64,000 nt of DNA from the human T2T-CHM13v2.0 reference genome, Homo sapiens. The notes beneath the pieces are model-generated. The model did no database searches and had not been told where the DNA came from. It saw nothing but the letters and a program-made list of their open reading frames with translations. This document shows, in pieces, positions 40,601 to 55,870 of the stretch. Every line of letters starts with the position of its first letter. Positions within the stretch are counted from its first letter, which is position 1. The stretch lies in assembly GCF_009914755.1 (NCBI RefSeq), contig NC_060927.1; one strand, written 5' to 3'. The translations under genes and the position numbers were made by a program.

Positions 40601-43359
40601 AAATACAACCAATATGGTTTGAATAAGGGTTGCTGGACGCTGTTTTCCTATTGACAAATCCTTCTGTTCTGCAGGTACACAGGGGTGGGATGGCTGGAGG
40701 ATGGGGAAGGGAGAGGATCCAAAGGCACTAAGAACTGTCTTGGCCTTTCTACAATAAATTTCCCAGCATGACACAGAAGCACAGTTACACACTTGCACAC
40801 ACACCACTGAGCCTCCCAAGTGTTGAAATACTACATCCAGGCATATATTAAACTAACAAATTTAAAAAGAAACTACCATGTCCAGCAATACTCTAATCAT
40901 CCAAAGTAGTAATAGTAAAGGTAACTGATGCTAATGTCTATTAATGCCCCAAAACATTTAAAAACTCAAGAAGAAAAAGAAATCTACCCTGATAAATATG
41001 AATATATGTTTTTAATTTATGCTTTTCTTTATTTTTAATTTATGCTTTTCTTGAAAAATTATTGTCTTCCAATGATTAATTCTTTTGAGTCAGGGTGATG
41101 TATGGTTTTGCCCTGAAACTTTCTTTCTAAAAGAAATCCCTAGTCTCAGTTTGCTTTCTAAACAAATGACAGGAGAAACCATAGGAAAATGTAATTCAAA
41201 ATCAAAAAGGCTCATAAGTTTCACTTTCTGAAAAAGTTGCCAGCACCTGGATATATAAAATTATACTATTTCTACAAACACAATCCTTGAATTGGAAGCT
41301 GGCCCAGATTTCTACTTCCCCAGATTCCTACATTCCCTGTGCAACCCTCTTCAATCCTGGGCTTGGTGTCTTTTTGGCTTTTCACCAGTATTCAAAACGT
41401 TCCCCTAGTTCAGGCTCTGCAGCCAGCTGTCCAGGAGGCTCCCTGATGGTTGCATTAACATCCTGGGGCAATACTGCCGTCGTGTGGGCATGTAAAATGC
41501 TGCAGGTTCATCCCAAAGTGAAGTTGCATTTTCCCAACTACAGGCACAAATGAGTCTTCTCTCTGCTCTTTCACTTCTAGGTTAATGGGACTCCTGGGTG
41601 ACTGAAGATGTCAAGAGGGTTTTGGGTAGACAATTTGTAGTGCCTGTTTGTCCTGTCTCTGAGATCTTGAATAAACTTTGGGAACCTATTGGGTGAGAGT
41701 TGTTGGAAATGTAAATTTACAAGATGCATTCTTAATATATCAGACCTAATTAAAAATTTTGCCAATAAAACAATGTGGCAACCCTGTACCATGTGTGATG
41801 GCATGCTTGTGACTTGATTTATCCTTGTAAAAATGACTTTACTGGATATGTGGTCACCAGACCTAATGGCCTCTGTGATTTAATTTTTTAAATATGGGAA
41901 ATATCTTTGCTGCCGAAACTCACTAACATCTTTTTGAACTTTACGGGAATTGATGTTTCCAGCTGAAAGATGGATTTAGAGTTTGGGACAGAAAACACAG
42001 TGATGCTAAAAACCAAAAGTTATTTGGAAAAAACATTTGAATCAGCACCGAAATGATGTAGTTTAGCAAAAACATTAACAATAAAACATTACCTTTCTTG
42101 TCATAAGACTATTTTCTTTTTTACAAACAGCTTATAAACTTTCTCTGTGATGAACCTTCGTATACAGTTCAGCTGAAGACTATAAGCCTGTTAGAGTCCC
42201 TTGGGAAGAAGAAACCTATGCATCTAGGTTGTTCCTAAAAAAGCTGTTGTTCAACTAAGACATGCTGTCCTTACAGTGCTGTCACCGCCAGAAATAATCT
42301 TTAATTCTGTCTTCTTGGTGTGAATTCTCAACTAGTAAAACTCTATATTGAAATGCAAATTAGCTCTTCCGAGTACAAGCTTGTAAAAATGTCAAAACAC
42401 CTCACAAAAATTCTAATTGCCACATAATTAGGTATCTAAACAAAAGTTCTATGCTGATATTTTAATTTTGCTTCATTGCAATAATGTACATTCAATAATG
42501 GGCCCAACTAGGACAAGGTGATAAGTTAGGGAAGAAAGTAGCTAATAGCACCAAATAAGGATGCCCCTGAACCCAGAGCCTGGCAGAAAATAGAATGGAC
42601 TTCCAGAGAAACATCATGGGGCCTAGGGAAATAAACACCGCTTAGGGAGAATTAGATTAGCCAGAGTACAACAAACTTCCATTACAAGCTGGAATTTCTT
42701 TTAGAAGGAATACATGAAAGTGTGTCTTTATAAAGAGGTGGTATCCTGGAGTGAGCACTAAATCAGTCTAATGCCTTCAATCTTCTTGATTTCCCCCTAC
42801 AGAACTGTACTTCTTATTAATGTTTGTAATGACCACCTGTGGCACTGTAGGATGCTGAATTACCAAAGAAAGATTAAATTATGTCCTATTGATGACACTT
42901 AATAGACGTCTAGCAGGTGCACATGTTACAGAATGATATTTGACAAATGTAGAAATGATAAGGGTTATCTGATCTGTCTGAAATTAATCAGAAGCTTCAG
43001 TTAAGTAGAACTCCAGTTCTGATAACATTCCATTATTATTATCATCATTATTATTGTTACTATTAAGAATTATAGCCCCTTTTCAACTCATCACTACCTT
43101 TATTGTGGAATCACCTGTGTTCAATGTACCTATATTTTAGAAGGACAACGGGGCACCAAAGTTGCTAGCCTGATCCTATAATTGCCATCTTCATCTTTCA
43201 GTATGGAATATATTATATTTACATTAAAAATTATCCCTTACAAGATCCCTTTGAACAATTTTTCAAATATATGTTTAAAGACAAGTACATTAATTTCAAG
43301 AAAATTTCTTATGAGATTAGAGGATGTAATGTTAGTATGATCTACTAATAACCTAGTAA

Positions 43360-43540
43360 CTATCATTTATTGATTACCTACAAAGTCACTTGTGTTTTAT
43401 ATTCATTATCTCTAATTTTTAAGGTACCCCTGCAAGGTTGGCAGTATTATCTTCACTGTCCAGAAGAAGAAATAGTTTCAAGAGGCTAAGTAATCACAGT
43501 AAGATCATATGGTCAATAAGTGCAAAAACAAGACTCAAGC
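43360..43540 (-). mobile_element. MIR
   Basis: ATCATTTATTGATTACCTAC...AGAGGCTAAGTAAT. Confidence 0.65.
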
Positions 43541-44059
43541 CTCACTGGGTTTTAATGGAAGAACCATGTGGTGTTTGAGTAGAAAAATCTATTCCCTCTC
43601 CTCTCTCTCTCCCTCTCTCTCTCTCTTTTCCCAGTGATAAACAGTAGGAAGTGGGATTAGTCTGTGTTGAACCCTATTACTTCAGCCCACATTCATTGCT
43701 CATCTTTCCACTATTTTTAGTTTTTCCTTCTGTTCTGGACTCTTCCTTTCTTCCTTCAAATAGAAAAAGGTCACACCTCTATTTAAAACATCACAGAACA
43801 CCCATATTTTTGCTCTTCTATCAACTTACCAGTCTAAATCTTTTTTATTTTCAGCTAAACTTATTAGATGAATGTCATAATTGCCCCATTTTCACTTTGC
43901 TTTCACTCTCATGGCCACCACTGGAATGAAGCTGTTCTTCAGACTTACTTATGACATCTGCTCCAGTTTCAAAGGCTGTCTCCAAGTCCTGACTTTCTGA
44001 AATTCTCTGCAGCATCTGACACAATTAATCTCATCCACCCTCACCTACTGCCAGTAAAA

Positions 44060-44260
44060 ATACTGGCAGCTGACACACATGGAACAGCGACTTGGTGCTA
44101 GGCTCTGGGTTAAGCACTTTATATGCATTATCTCATTTAATCCCCACAACATCCCTGTGAGGTTGGCACTGTTATGGGTCCCCATTTTACAGATGAGGAA
44201 ACTGAGTCTCGGGGGGTAAAGTAACTTGACCAGTATTACACAAGCAAAAACATGGTGAAG
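44060..44260 (-). mobile_element. MIR
   Basis: ATCTCATTTAATCCCCACAAC...CCCATTTTACAGATGAGGAAACTGAG. Confidence 0.88.
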
Positions 44261-45249
44261 ATAGCTGTTGATCCAATATGCTGTGCTATCTTTAAAATTA
44301 TTTAGCCAGTCTTTTACTATCTGCTGGGCACAAAGCCAAGTTCATTAGAGGTATTATCTGATTATTTTGTGTTATATTTTCTCCTATTATACCTAACTCT
44401 AGGTCTATTGCAAGATCAAGTTTGTGATCCTCTGCCTATTTCTCCTCTTGACTACTTCAAATTCCAAGTATTTTTTAGAAGATTTTAACTTGCATCAAAT
44501 AATTATTGATGTACAGGTCATGGTGGCAGGGCTCTGGACATAGGAAAGTGAACAAGGTAGGCTTGCTGCCTGCTTGAAGTTGACAACATAGTGGATAGAA
44601 AGTGAGACAGAGAAGCCACAAATCATTACCTGAGCCAATCAGTGGCCCACTGAGAACACTCCTTCCAGGTCATGAAATTTCAAGTGAAGTGGCACACCAG
44701 CTCACCCACCTACTTCCCACCCCGACCCCAGAATCCCCTTCCTGGAAACCTTGTGCTACCTCCAAAGCCAAACTCTCAAATAAACCCCAGCACCTTCCAG
44801 AGATGCCGTTTCAGTGGTGGGGTTTGAGGTGAGTACTCTGGGACCCAGCCTGGGTTTCACAGAACTAGGAGACTATCTGCCCTGGGCTGGCCCCAAGGCC
44901 AGTGTCAGAAGTACCCCCACCCTCCTGATTATCAGTCAACCCAGAACAAACGCTTTCCTCTACTTTCCCTTAATTGTACTTGGTGCTAGTCATCTCTGTG
45001 GCAAGAATATGAGCTTCTCACAAGCTAATAATGAAACATATCTTTGGTTCTTTCACAGCACCCAGCTTTGGGCTAAGTATGTAAATGTGGGCGTCAGATA
45101 CACCTGCTTGAGTAAATGTCTCCTCTCAATACCTGGAAGAATGACGAGTGTTTGCTCTTCTACAAACCAACTCAAGGCACCCAGAAAGCAAGGAAGCTTC
45201 CAAAGAAAAATGGAGTTATATTAAAAGGATGTAGGCATTATCTTGAAGG

Positions 45250-46230
45250 GTTTTCTACTGGTCAAAGTTGGGATAATTTAAGCATCAAATAAATGATAGC
45301 TGTAAATTGAATATATAAGAATCCATGAATCTATAATGATAATCAAAAGAGAGACAGCCAAAAGGAAAATCACTCATCACCAGTGAAGGAAGCTATTATA
45401 ATAATATAATAATATTAAGTTATAACATTATTATACAATATTTAAAATTCTATAATAATGGGAAAGAATTAGGCATTAGCCTGCCTTTCCAACTAGTACC
45501 AGATGATGATAGAACATTCTTCTTTACAGTAAAGCCCCAGCTAATAATATATAGATTTACAGAATTTAAAAATCACTATTTTGTATCCCCTAATAAGAGA
45601 AATGATTCATGCATGTGTCATCAATACATGTTAAAACCATAATGGGATAGTTTGGTGCCAAAACGTCACCCCCAAGATTATTTCCCAGTCACAGGGGGGA
45701 AAGTCTGACTTAATAAAGGAGGGACCTGGCTGTTGCCACCTAAACTCAAGGCTCTATCTCAGTGTTCAGTGGGACAACCAGACAGTAGGCGCCTTCCATA
45801 ATGAAGCAATGTGAAGTACAACATCAGCTATGACATGCTCTTGCCAAAACCACTTAGGCCGAAACTAAGCAAGTCTTTAGTTTTGACTTTCAGTTTACAA
45901 GAAATACAAAGATTAGGGAAATGAGTGAAATGATATCACAAATGACCAAATGTCCAGAAAGTGGTACACTGTAAAGGACCAGTGGCCTGGTTTTTGACCA
46001 ATTATTGTTAAGGGGAATAAAAGGAAGGAGGTTGTTTAACATTAAATAAGGCAATGAGACTTAACAGACATAACAATGAAATGCAATGTGTGGTCCTTGA
46101 TTGAACTCTAGTTTGAATAACCACTTGGAAGATAGTTTGGAGAGTTTTTCACATAGACTGAGAATTACATGATGTTAAGGAATTGTTGCTAATTTTGTTA
46201 GCTGTGATAATGGAATTACAGTTATATGGG
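45250..46230 (+). mobile_element. Ancient L1 3'UTR (L1MC-like)
   Basis: ACTGGTCAAAGTTGGGATAATTTAAGCATCAAATAAATGATAG; AATGCAATGTGTGGTCCTTGATTG; TTAGCTGTGATAATGG. Confidence 0.68.
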
Positions 46231-47019
46231 AAAATATTCCCAAACTCCTCCACCCCAAAATAATCATTGTTAATATAGATAAACTTCATTTCAGACATTT
46301 ATTTCAGAGTGAGAAAGAATAAGCATGAGAAATATTTTATAAAAATAAAATAATGCTATAGACTAATGTTAAGAAAAAAATATTACATTGAAATTTAATT
46401 GAATTTAAAGAAGAAAGAAAAATCAAAATGAAATGAAGAAATGCCTGAACTTCAGATAAATGCTTTTTCACTATTAGAGATTCCCTAAATATAGCACTAA
46501 AATTGATAACAAAGTTTAAGAAGCACTCTTAGAGGCTGGGGTCATTACCTTTTTAAATAAACCAGATGCTTAAATTTGAGGCAGCATTGATTGATTCATT
46601 CATTTACAAACTAAGGAAATTCGCCTTCCTTTCTTTCCTCCTATTGTCTTCTTCACATTTTAAATCTATTCTTACTTGTTTTTATTGGTCAAGATGCATA
46701 GCCATAGTTCTCACAGTTGTTGAGTCTTAGTTTAAATTTAATGGATTCAATTCCCAACACCAATTTGTTTATCATGACTTCTCTATTTTTAGCTCTTTAT
46801 TTGTATTCATCTCTTAATTGGCTGGATTTTATCAAGCCACTTTTGCAAGGCTCAAGAATGCCTCAAAACACTTACAGGTAAAGCAGTAGAGATGGAAAAA
46901 TGGAAAACTTCATCTTTCCAACTATTTAAAAAAACCACAGGATTTTATGATAGCAAGCGTACAAATACACTGAAAGAAATTTATTTTCAGATTCTATCAA
47001 AAAGGATGCAGGAAGTCAG

Positions 47020-47250
47020 CATAAATGATTAAGAGAAAGAGCCCCAAAGCAAGGATTCTGAAACTGACTTTTCACCCCAGTAAGTGCTAGTTATAAGTTT
47101 TGGGGGCCAGTTATAGCTGTAAGGTCCTGAGCCTTCATTTCTCTATCTGGAAAGAAAAATTTATGGAAAGAATTAAAGAATAAAAATCTGTGCAAAGGGC
47201 CAGGACAGTGCCTGGCACATAGTGAGTGCTCAATAAATACTAGCTATCTC
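47020..47250 (+). mobile_element. MIR
   Basis: CTGAGCCTTCATTTCTCTATCTG...ACAGTGCCTGGCACATAGTGAGTGCTCAATAAATACTAGCTAT. Confidence 0.8.
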
Positions 47251-47934
47251 TAATGGGAATCCTAGGAGAAAGACTTTCATCTCTTCTGATTAAGTTAGAA
47301 GGAAGTCAAATTAGAAGTGAGAGATTATCAGGAGTTGCCCTCTAAGGTTTCTGACGCAGAGTTGGCCAGAGTTCTATCACTGTCAGTGTATCAGTGGGCA
47401 AGCCCTAAATGAAGTTAAAGCACGTAAGGAATTAACCTGAAAAGTCCTGTCCACCTTTTAAAGAGAAATAAATTAGGAAAAATTGTGACTGATACTAAGT
47501 AGTCAAGGATTAGTGAGAAAAGCACCTGTTCATAACTCAACATTTCCATTTCTTCAAATTTTGCTCTAATAGAATTTTAATTTAAATTTTGGTGATAAAA
47601 CCAGGTTTTATTGTTCTAATAAAACTAAGGAAGGTAATTAAATCATTAAATAACATGCATTTCTTATCAATACAGTCTATCCTTCAGGGATCAAGTGACA
47701 AATTGACGAAGCATTTTTCTTTTGAGGCTTTGGGGACTGGCTATGGGATATGAACATCTCTCAGAACAGCTCACAGGCCAAGGCTATTGTCTCATGGCAC
47801 CAACATTTATTGAACTACCTGACTTCCTCCAAAACTTCTGAGAAACTGAATTAAGGAGGAAATGACACTGATGCAAGCCTAGATCTTATTCTTACTATAA
47901 CAAGCCTCAATCTCAGTAAAACTCTTCCTTCACC

Positions 47935-50870
47935 CTTTCATTGCACAGCTATTTATTGAGCACCTGCTATGTGCCAGGCACTCATGAATGTGATGTTGAA
48001 CATAACACATAAGGTCTCTCAAGTACAGTTACAGTCTATTATTCAAAGTAGCATGCAAATTAACATAGAATTACATCTGTGATAAATGGTATAAAGAAGT
48101 GGTGTCTGGTACTTTCCAAGTCAATGAATACAGGAAGAAACCAACTGGTTTTCCTCTCATACACCACTCTCAATACTTCACTTCAGACACAAGACATGTG
48201 GAATTTTTTCCATACCAACCAGTTCTCTGACATCAAATAGGTGTCCTACAATTCAATTCAATTCTGACACTAGTGCAGACTTAGCACAGACCTCATAAGT
48301 GAGGAGTTCAATCCCACATGACTTCCCCCCACTTCAGATGCTAGTCACAAGTGCCAGGTTGTGACCTGTACTCTTACCAACTGGCTATAAATTGAAGATT
48401 CCCACAACCCCCTCCTCAGGTTTAATCTTTTGCTAGAATGGCTCACAGAACTCAGGAAAACACTTAGGTATACTGGCTGATATAAAGATACTACAAAGGA
48501 TACAGATGAACGGCCAGATGAAAGGATATGGAAGGCAAGGTTCAGAAGAGTCCTAAGCGCAGGACCTCCCTCCGCATGGAGCTGGGGTGCACCACCCTCC
48601 TGGTCATGGATGTGTTTTTGTTCACCAATGTGCAAGCTCTCCAAACCTCATACTTTGGGGATTTTTTATGGCAGCTTCATCATATAGTCATACTCAATTA
48701 TTAACCCTATTTCGAGCTCCATTCCCCTCTGTCAGAGAATGGAGATGGGACTGAAAGCTCCAAGCTTACAATCATAGCTTGGACTTTCTGCATCCATCTA
48801 GGAGCCCACCAAGAGTTGCCTTACTGAACAACAACAACAAAAACACTCCTATCACCCAGGAAATTCCAAGAGATTTAGGAGCTCTGTGTCAGACACTCCT
48901 ATCACTCAGGAAATTAGAAACTCTTTGGGGCTCTGTGTCAGGAACTGGGGATCAAAGACCAAATATTAGAAAAAAAAGACCCTCCTAAAGCACTCTCATC
49001 TACAAGAGTTTTAGGAGCTCTATGTCAGAAACAAGGGGGTAGAAACCAAAATATATTTATTATTATTTCAAATCAATAACAGAGCTGTGTAGTTTGAAAC
49101 TCTATTGCACCAGGAAAGGCATCTTTGAGGACGCAACATTTTAGCTGAGGGCTAAAAGATAACCATTTGCTATTGAGTAAAGTAGAGTATGTGGGAAGAG
49201 TGTCAAAAAACAAAGGGAATAATAAGGGTCAAGATTCCGTAACAGGGAGAAACATGTCAATTCCAGGAAGACAAGAAGGGCTAGAGAACAGGGAGCTGAA
49301 GAGAGTGCAGTCTGAGAAGAGGCTGGAAAGGTGGGCAGGAGGCAGGCCTCCAGTGGCTTTGTATAAGAGCAAGCAGAAGGTATTGGGAGATCTTAAACTG
49401 AGGCTGAATATAGCATGGACAGATTTGTGCCTCATAAAGTTCACTATTTATTGGAGTAGGGAACAAGAAATGAGACTACTGCAGTTAAAGCTGTACTGGT
49501 TAAAAAAAAAAGAAACTTGTATCATGGTAGTGGTGGCAGAGATAGAGAAAATTGGTTAGATTCAAGAAACATTTAGGTGATAATTTGATAGCACTTGATG
49601 AGTCAGCTATGGAGAATGAGAAAAGGGAAGCCATTAAAGATGTCCCCTAGGTTCCTAATTGTGGGGTTGGATGGGTGATGTTGGTGTCACTCACTGGAGT
49701 AGGAAACAATGGAAGAGGAAGAGGGTTGGGGAAGGGGGTGATAAATCATAGATTCCATTGGGACGAGTAGAGTTTGAGGGCTTTTTAAGTATTTTAAAAC
49801 TCTAAAACAGGGCCTGGAACACAATAGACTCTAGAAAAATATTCACTGATTTAATGAATGAAACTGTCGAAAAAAGGAAGTTGAATTATATGTCTGGGTC
49901 TAAATGACAGGTGTGGCTGGAGCAACAAGTTTGTGAGTCATTGGCCTACATGTAGTTAGAAAATTTGGATATTGAAGACGGTTCCTTAGAAGGGAATACA
50001 GTAGGAAGAAAAGAGAGCTACGGACTTAACGGAATTCCAAAATTTATGATTCAGTGAAATAGGAGAAATCTGCCAAGGAGACAGAGGAGGGGACAGAAAG
50101 GTTGGATGAAAGCAGGACAATGAGCTGACATGATGCCCAGTAAAATATGTTTCAAGCAAAAAGAAATCAATATATATTGGCATATCAAAAAGAGGTGACG
50201 AAAGTGTTTAATGAATGGATTATTTGCAAAGGGGTGAACAGTGTTAAGGAAAACCAGCACGGAATATTGAAGCACACCAGGGCCAGCAACAAGTTAGTCT
50301 TACCACCCCTAGGCTCAAAGGGGAATGAGGAGAGAGGGATTCTACCTGAATCCAGTAGAGCTGTAGCTGTCAGAGCGGGCTGCCCAGCAATTGCCAAACT
50401 AAGCCTGGTGGGGAATAAGCCAAGGGAATAAATACCCCGACCTTTCTCTCTTCTCTCTGATCTCCTCCCTGGACTTTCACTGGCCAAACCTAAATGTTAC
50501 TCAGAAGGCATGGGGGCCTGTTGATGTAATCTGGGGCATAGAACAGGGTGGCAAGGATAAAGAACAGATCTAGAGGGGCAACAGAGACCATCCAACACAA
50601 GCAAACAGTGAAAGATTGAGGCTGAAAGGGCAAGTAAGATAAGGGCTGAAACATGTTCACCGGGAGGCAGAAGTCCTAGCTAACTTGGAGGTGTTGAGGA
50701 CAGAGATGTTGTGTAAGTCTGAATGGAGTGGGTTGAGGAGTGAATGGCAGGTGGAGAAATGAAGAGATCTCACCAAGTTTGGCTGAAAATGGTGACAAAA
50801 GAGAGCCACCGCTGGAGGGTGATGTGAAATGAGAGAGATGGTGTGGATAATATTTCAAAGAGTCCACTGA
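47935..50870 (-). mobile_element. Fragmented L2, split by MER21 and an LTR-like segment (~50200-50560)
   Basis: ATTTATTGAGCACCTGCTATGTGCCAGGCACT at ~47950; purine-rich L2-type sequence at 49090-50200 and 50600-50870. Confidence 0.7.
48128..49081 (-). mobile_element. MER21-family solo LTR
   Basis: TGTCCTACAATTCAATTCAATTCTGACACTA; internal repeats CTCCTATCAC(C/T)CAGGAAATT / GAGCTCTGTGTCAG; terminus AACCAAAATATATTT...ACA. Confidence 0.8.
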
Positions 50871-51321
50871 TATGTTCCTTGCATTCCCACCCTGCTCAGC
50901 ACTCAGTGAATTTCCTTCCTCATACCCTGAGGGCTTTCCCTTATCCCAGCCAACCCAGTTAGATGTGAAGCACATACTGATTTGAGAGAAGGGGTCACTG
51001 TGAAACCAGGTAGACAATAGCAGCAAATTATGGTTCTTAAGTTCAAAAACAACTTGTCTGGGTGTAAGATAGAAAAACTCAGCCGGCAACTTGTAGAACC
51101 AGTTTATCCTACTCTCTGCAGCTGAGATAAAAGACCCTCTGGGCTGCTTTACCCATACTCACCTCTCACACCTTGGGCTGAATCTGACACACCCTCCCTT
51201 AGTTGGGACAGAATATTAGAGAGGAGTCATGCCTCACGCCAAAGTGCGACCCAGGAACGTGGTGGATGTCTTAGAATAGTCGCCCATGCATCCTGTGCAG
51301 CAGCTGTGTAGTAGAGAGATG

Positions 51322-51375
51322 TCTGTCATTTTGGCAGCCCACAGAACATCTGTCATTTTGGCAGTGCACAGAACA
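51322..51375. repeat. 27-bp tandem duplication
   Basis: TCTGTCATTTTGGCAG(CC/TG)CACAGAACA x2. Confidence 0.9.
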
Positions 51376-51871
51376 TCATCCTACTTCATCACAGCAATGA
51401 CATTATGCTAACTGTACCCCTGCTAAGTGGACCTCGGAAGCAGCAAGAACCCTGGATTCCCTGGTATCTTTAATTCTCAACATGGACCTCAGGACACCAG
51501 TTATAGAAAGAGGGACTATAAAAGCCACCCTGTATATTAATTGATGGGCTCCTACCCCTTTTCCTCATACTATGTATGAAGAACATTGGTGGTGTCTAAT
51601 GCTTTAGATTTCAGAAGAAAGTACAACCAAATTTTAGCATATGTGGAAAATGGAAAATAAAGAAGTTTTTTTTAAAAAAAAGGTATGACCAAATTGACAT
51701 CACTGCACAACAACATGGTACCTGACGGGACTTTACGTATTTCCAGTGTCAGAGACATGAGCCTTTCACCTCAAGGAAGGGAAGGAAGGGATGCTATGGG
51801 GCAGAAGGGTGGATTTTGCTTGACACCTTCCACTTACTTTTCCAGATTCATTGTCTTCCCTTCCCTACCCT

Positions 51872-52347
51872 TGTGGAAACCTGAATAATGGCCCCCAAAG
51901 ATATCCAGATCACAATCTCTGGAACCTGTGAATGTTACCATCTATGGCAAGAGGAAGTATGAAGATGTGATAAGGGTAGACTATCCTGGATTATCCCATG
52001 AAGCCCTAAATGTGATCACAGTGTCTTTACAAGAGGGAGGCAGAAGAAGATTTGCTGACTGTGAGAAATAAGCGAGAGAAGCTGTATATCTGCTGGCACT
52101 GAAGATAAAGGAAGGGGCCATGAGCCAAGGAATGCAATGAATGAAGCTCTTGACTCTAGAATAAAGGCAAGGAAACTCATTCTCCCTTAGAAACTTGCAG
52201 GAGCATAGATCTGCTGATACCTTGATTTTAGCTTTCTAGGGCTCATTTCCAACTTTTGGCCTACAGAACTGTAAGAGGATAGACTTTTGTTGCTTAAGCA
52301 ACCAAATTTGTGGTAATTTGTTACAGCAGGAATAGAAAACGAATACA
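51872..52347 (+). mobile_element. MLT1D-like MaLR solo LTR
   Basis: TGTGG...GAATAATGGCCCCCAAAGAT...GGAACCTGTGAAT; end TTTGTGGTAATTTGTTACAGCAGGAATAGAAAACGAATACA. Confidence 0.88.
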
Positions 52348-52483
52348 ACTCCATTCTCTGCCCTGAAGATGCTGACCTGCTTCGACTAAATTGAAGGTCT
52401 TTTGCCCTCCGATTTCTGGTTTTGTTTGGCCTGAAAATGTTTAGTTGGTCTTATCCAGGATTGAGGTTTTTTTGTAGTAGATT

Positions 52484-52684
52484 CAAGGATATATTGGAGC
52501 TGGTTTGTACCAGCTTGCAAGAACCAATTGTGTGCATCTCTTCCAAACCCATGTTCAGTTGCATCCTAGTGATAGCTTGAAATCATTGACAGTAGGAAAA
52601 TTTACACCAAGAAAATTAGCAAATGGTACAAATCAATACATGCACACCCAAGCTTCCTGTTGAACATTTACAAGCACTCTACTA
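52484..52684 (+). mobile_element. MER63A-like hAT MITE
   Basis: GAACCAATTGTGTGCATCTCTTCC...TAGCTTGAAATC...TTTACACCA...GTTGAACATTTACAAGCAC. Confidence 0.78.
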
Positions 52685-53219
52685 AACAGGTTCAATGAAA
52701 AGAGAAAGAGAGAAAAGAGATTATGATATTTGGAAGAGAATTACTAATTTTTTTAAAACATGCTGTATAATAAGTGGGCTGATGGATTCAAAGAATGTAG
52801 AGAAAGTAAAGGACTGGGTCACTCATTAAGATTAAAGACCAATGTAGTGAGAGGAGTGAAAAAGTCATCTGCTATTTATAGTTCAAAACCAAGAAGAAAA
52901 CAAAACACTGTATGATTTAAAGATATCAACATGTGCTAAAACAATCTAGAAAGGCAAAGAATTGATAAGCACAAAATTCAGGTGTGGTTACCTCTAGAGA
53001 TCTATGGAAGGAGATACAGGGCTGCTAAGGTCCTTATGATGATATACTTCTTAACTGTGGTGGACACATGGTGTTCATTTTACTACTATTTTAAAAACTT
53101 ACAGCTATGTTTCATATACCTTTTTTGTAGGTATGGCTTACTTCAATTTGGTATTCCTAAAGTTTGTTTACAATGGTTTTAGGCTGGCTATTATACAGAC
53201 TCAAATATTTTAATTGAGA

Positions 53220-54560
<1,341 letters not shown>

Positions 54561-54943
54561 TACAATTAATACGTATGAGGAAGCAAAATGATCCTTCATT
54601 TATATGCCAACACTGGGAAATAAGATGTTCCATATAAATGAATTTTTCCAGAATTTAATACTTCATTGTCTAGGATTTATATATATATGTATAACATACA
54701 TATAGTAAGTGCACAAATCTTAAATAGGTCTATATTTTTATGTAAGTATATACCTATGTAACTGCCATTGTAGATCACAATACAGAACATTTCCAGAACT
54801 CCACAGAGATTCCTAAAACTTTCTGATTTTTCACATTTTTAATAGTCAAATTACTGAAAAGTTCTACAAATTTCTGAAACATCTTGTATTTAGGAAAGAA
54901 GGACCAGAAACATAACCATGTCTTGATGGCTATTGCCAAAGGC

Positions 54944-55033
54944 TATTTTTCCTTCATTTTCCCCCTTACAATCTGATTGGTTTATTTTTAATCAAACTAA
55001 TACGTGCTCAAAATATAAAGTTTCAGCTACTTC
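54944..55033 (+). repeat. 90-bp dispersed direct repeat, copy A1 (partner 57959-58048)
   Basis: TATTTTTCCTTCATTTTCCCCCTTACAAT...AAAGTTTCAGCTACTTC; 4 mismatches. Confidence 0.93.
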
Positions 55034-55524
55034 AGTGTAATTTGCTCTCTCATTTTCTTCTTTTTTATTCTGTATCTCTTTTAGATATACAAACAGAACA
55101 TAAACACCTTCTCTTTGTAAAAGGTTGGATACATTTATCTCTGATTTTTGGTAGGGCTGACCATCTCTTTCCTAGAGAACATTATACCTTTCTTTTAAGG
55201 TCCAAACTTTCTTATTGTGTGTTGCTTTTAATTTGTTGCACAATGATAAATACATTACTACTGATAACTGCATATTAAATAAGAATCAACATGGTGCTAA
55301 TGGTCAACAAAGCCCAGTGAAGGACTCTGTAGTACTAAATTCTGGGACATCTGCTTTAGGGCTTCATAGGGATTTTGTTTGCTTGTTTGTTTTTAATTAT
55401 CTTTTTTCTCTTCCATGAGAAGCTTTGCATATGTTGGGCTTGAGATAGAGTGTCCTTACATACTGACTTATTTATCCTTGTAGCATCCATGCAAGACTAG
55501 TAATAATTTGATTCCTTCTGATAG

Positions 55525-55870
<346 letters not shown>

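Noticed and set aside
48845-49030. Repeated CTCCTATCAC..CAGGAAATT / GAGCTCT.TGTCAG units resembling a repeat-spacer array
   Set aside because: Internal repeats of the MER21 LTR.
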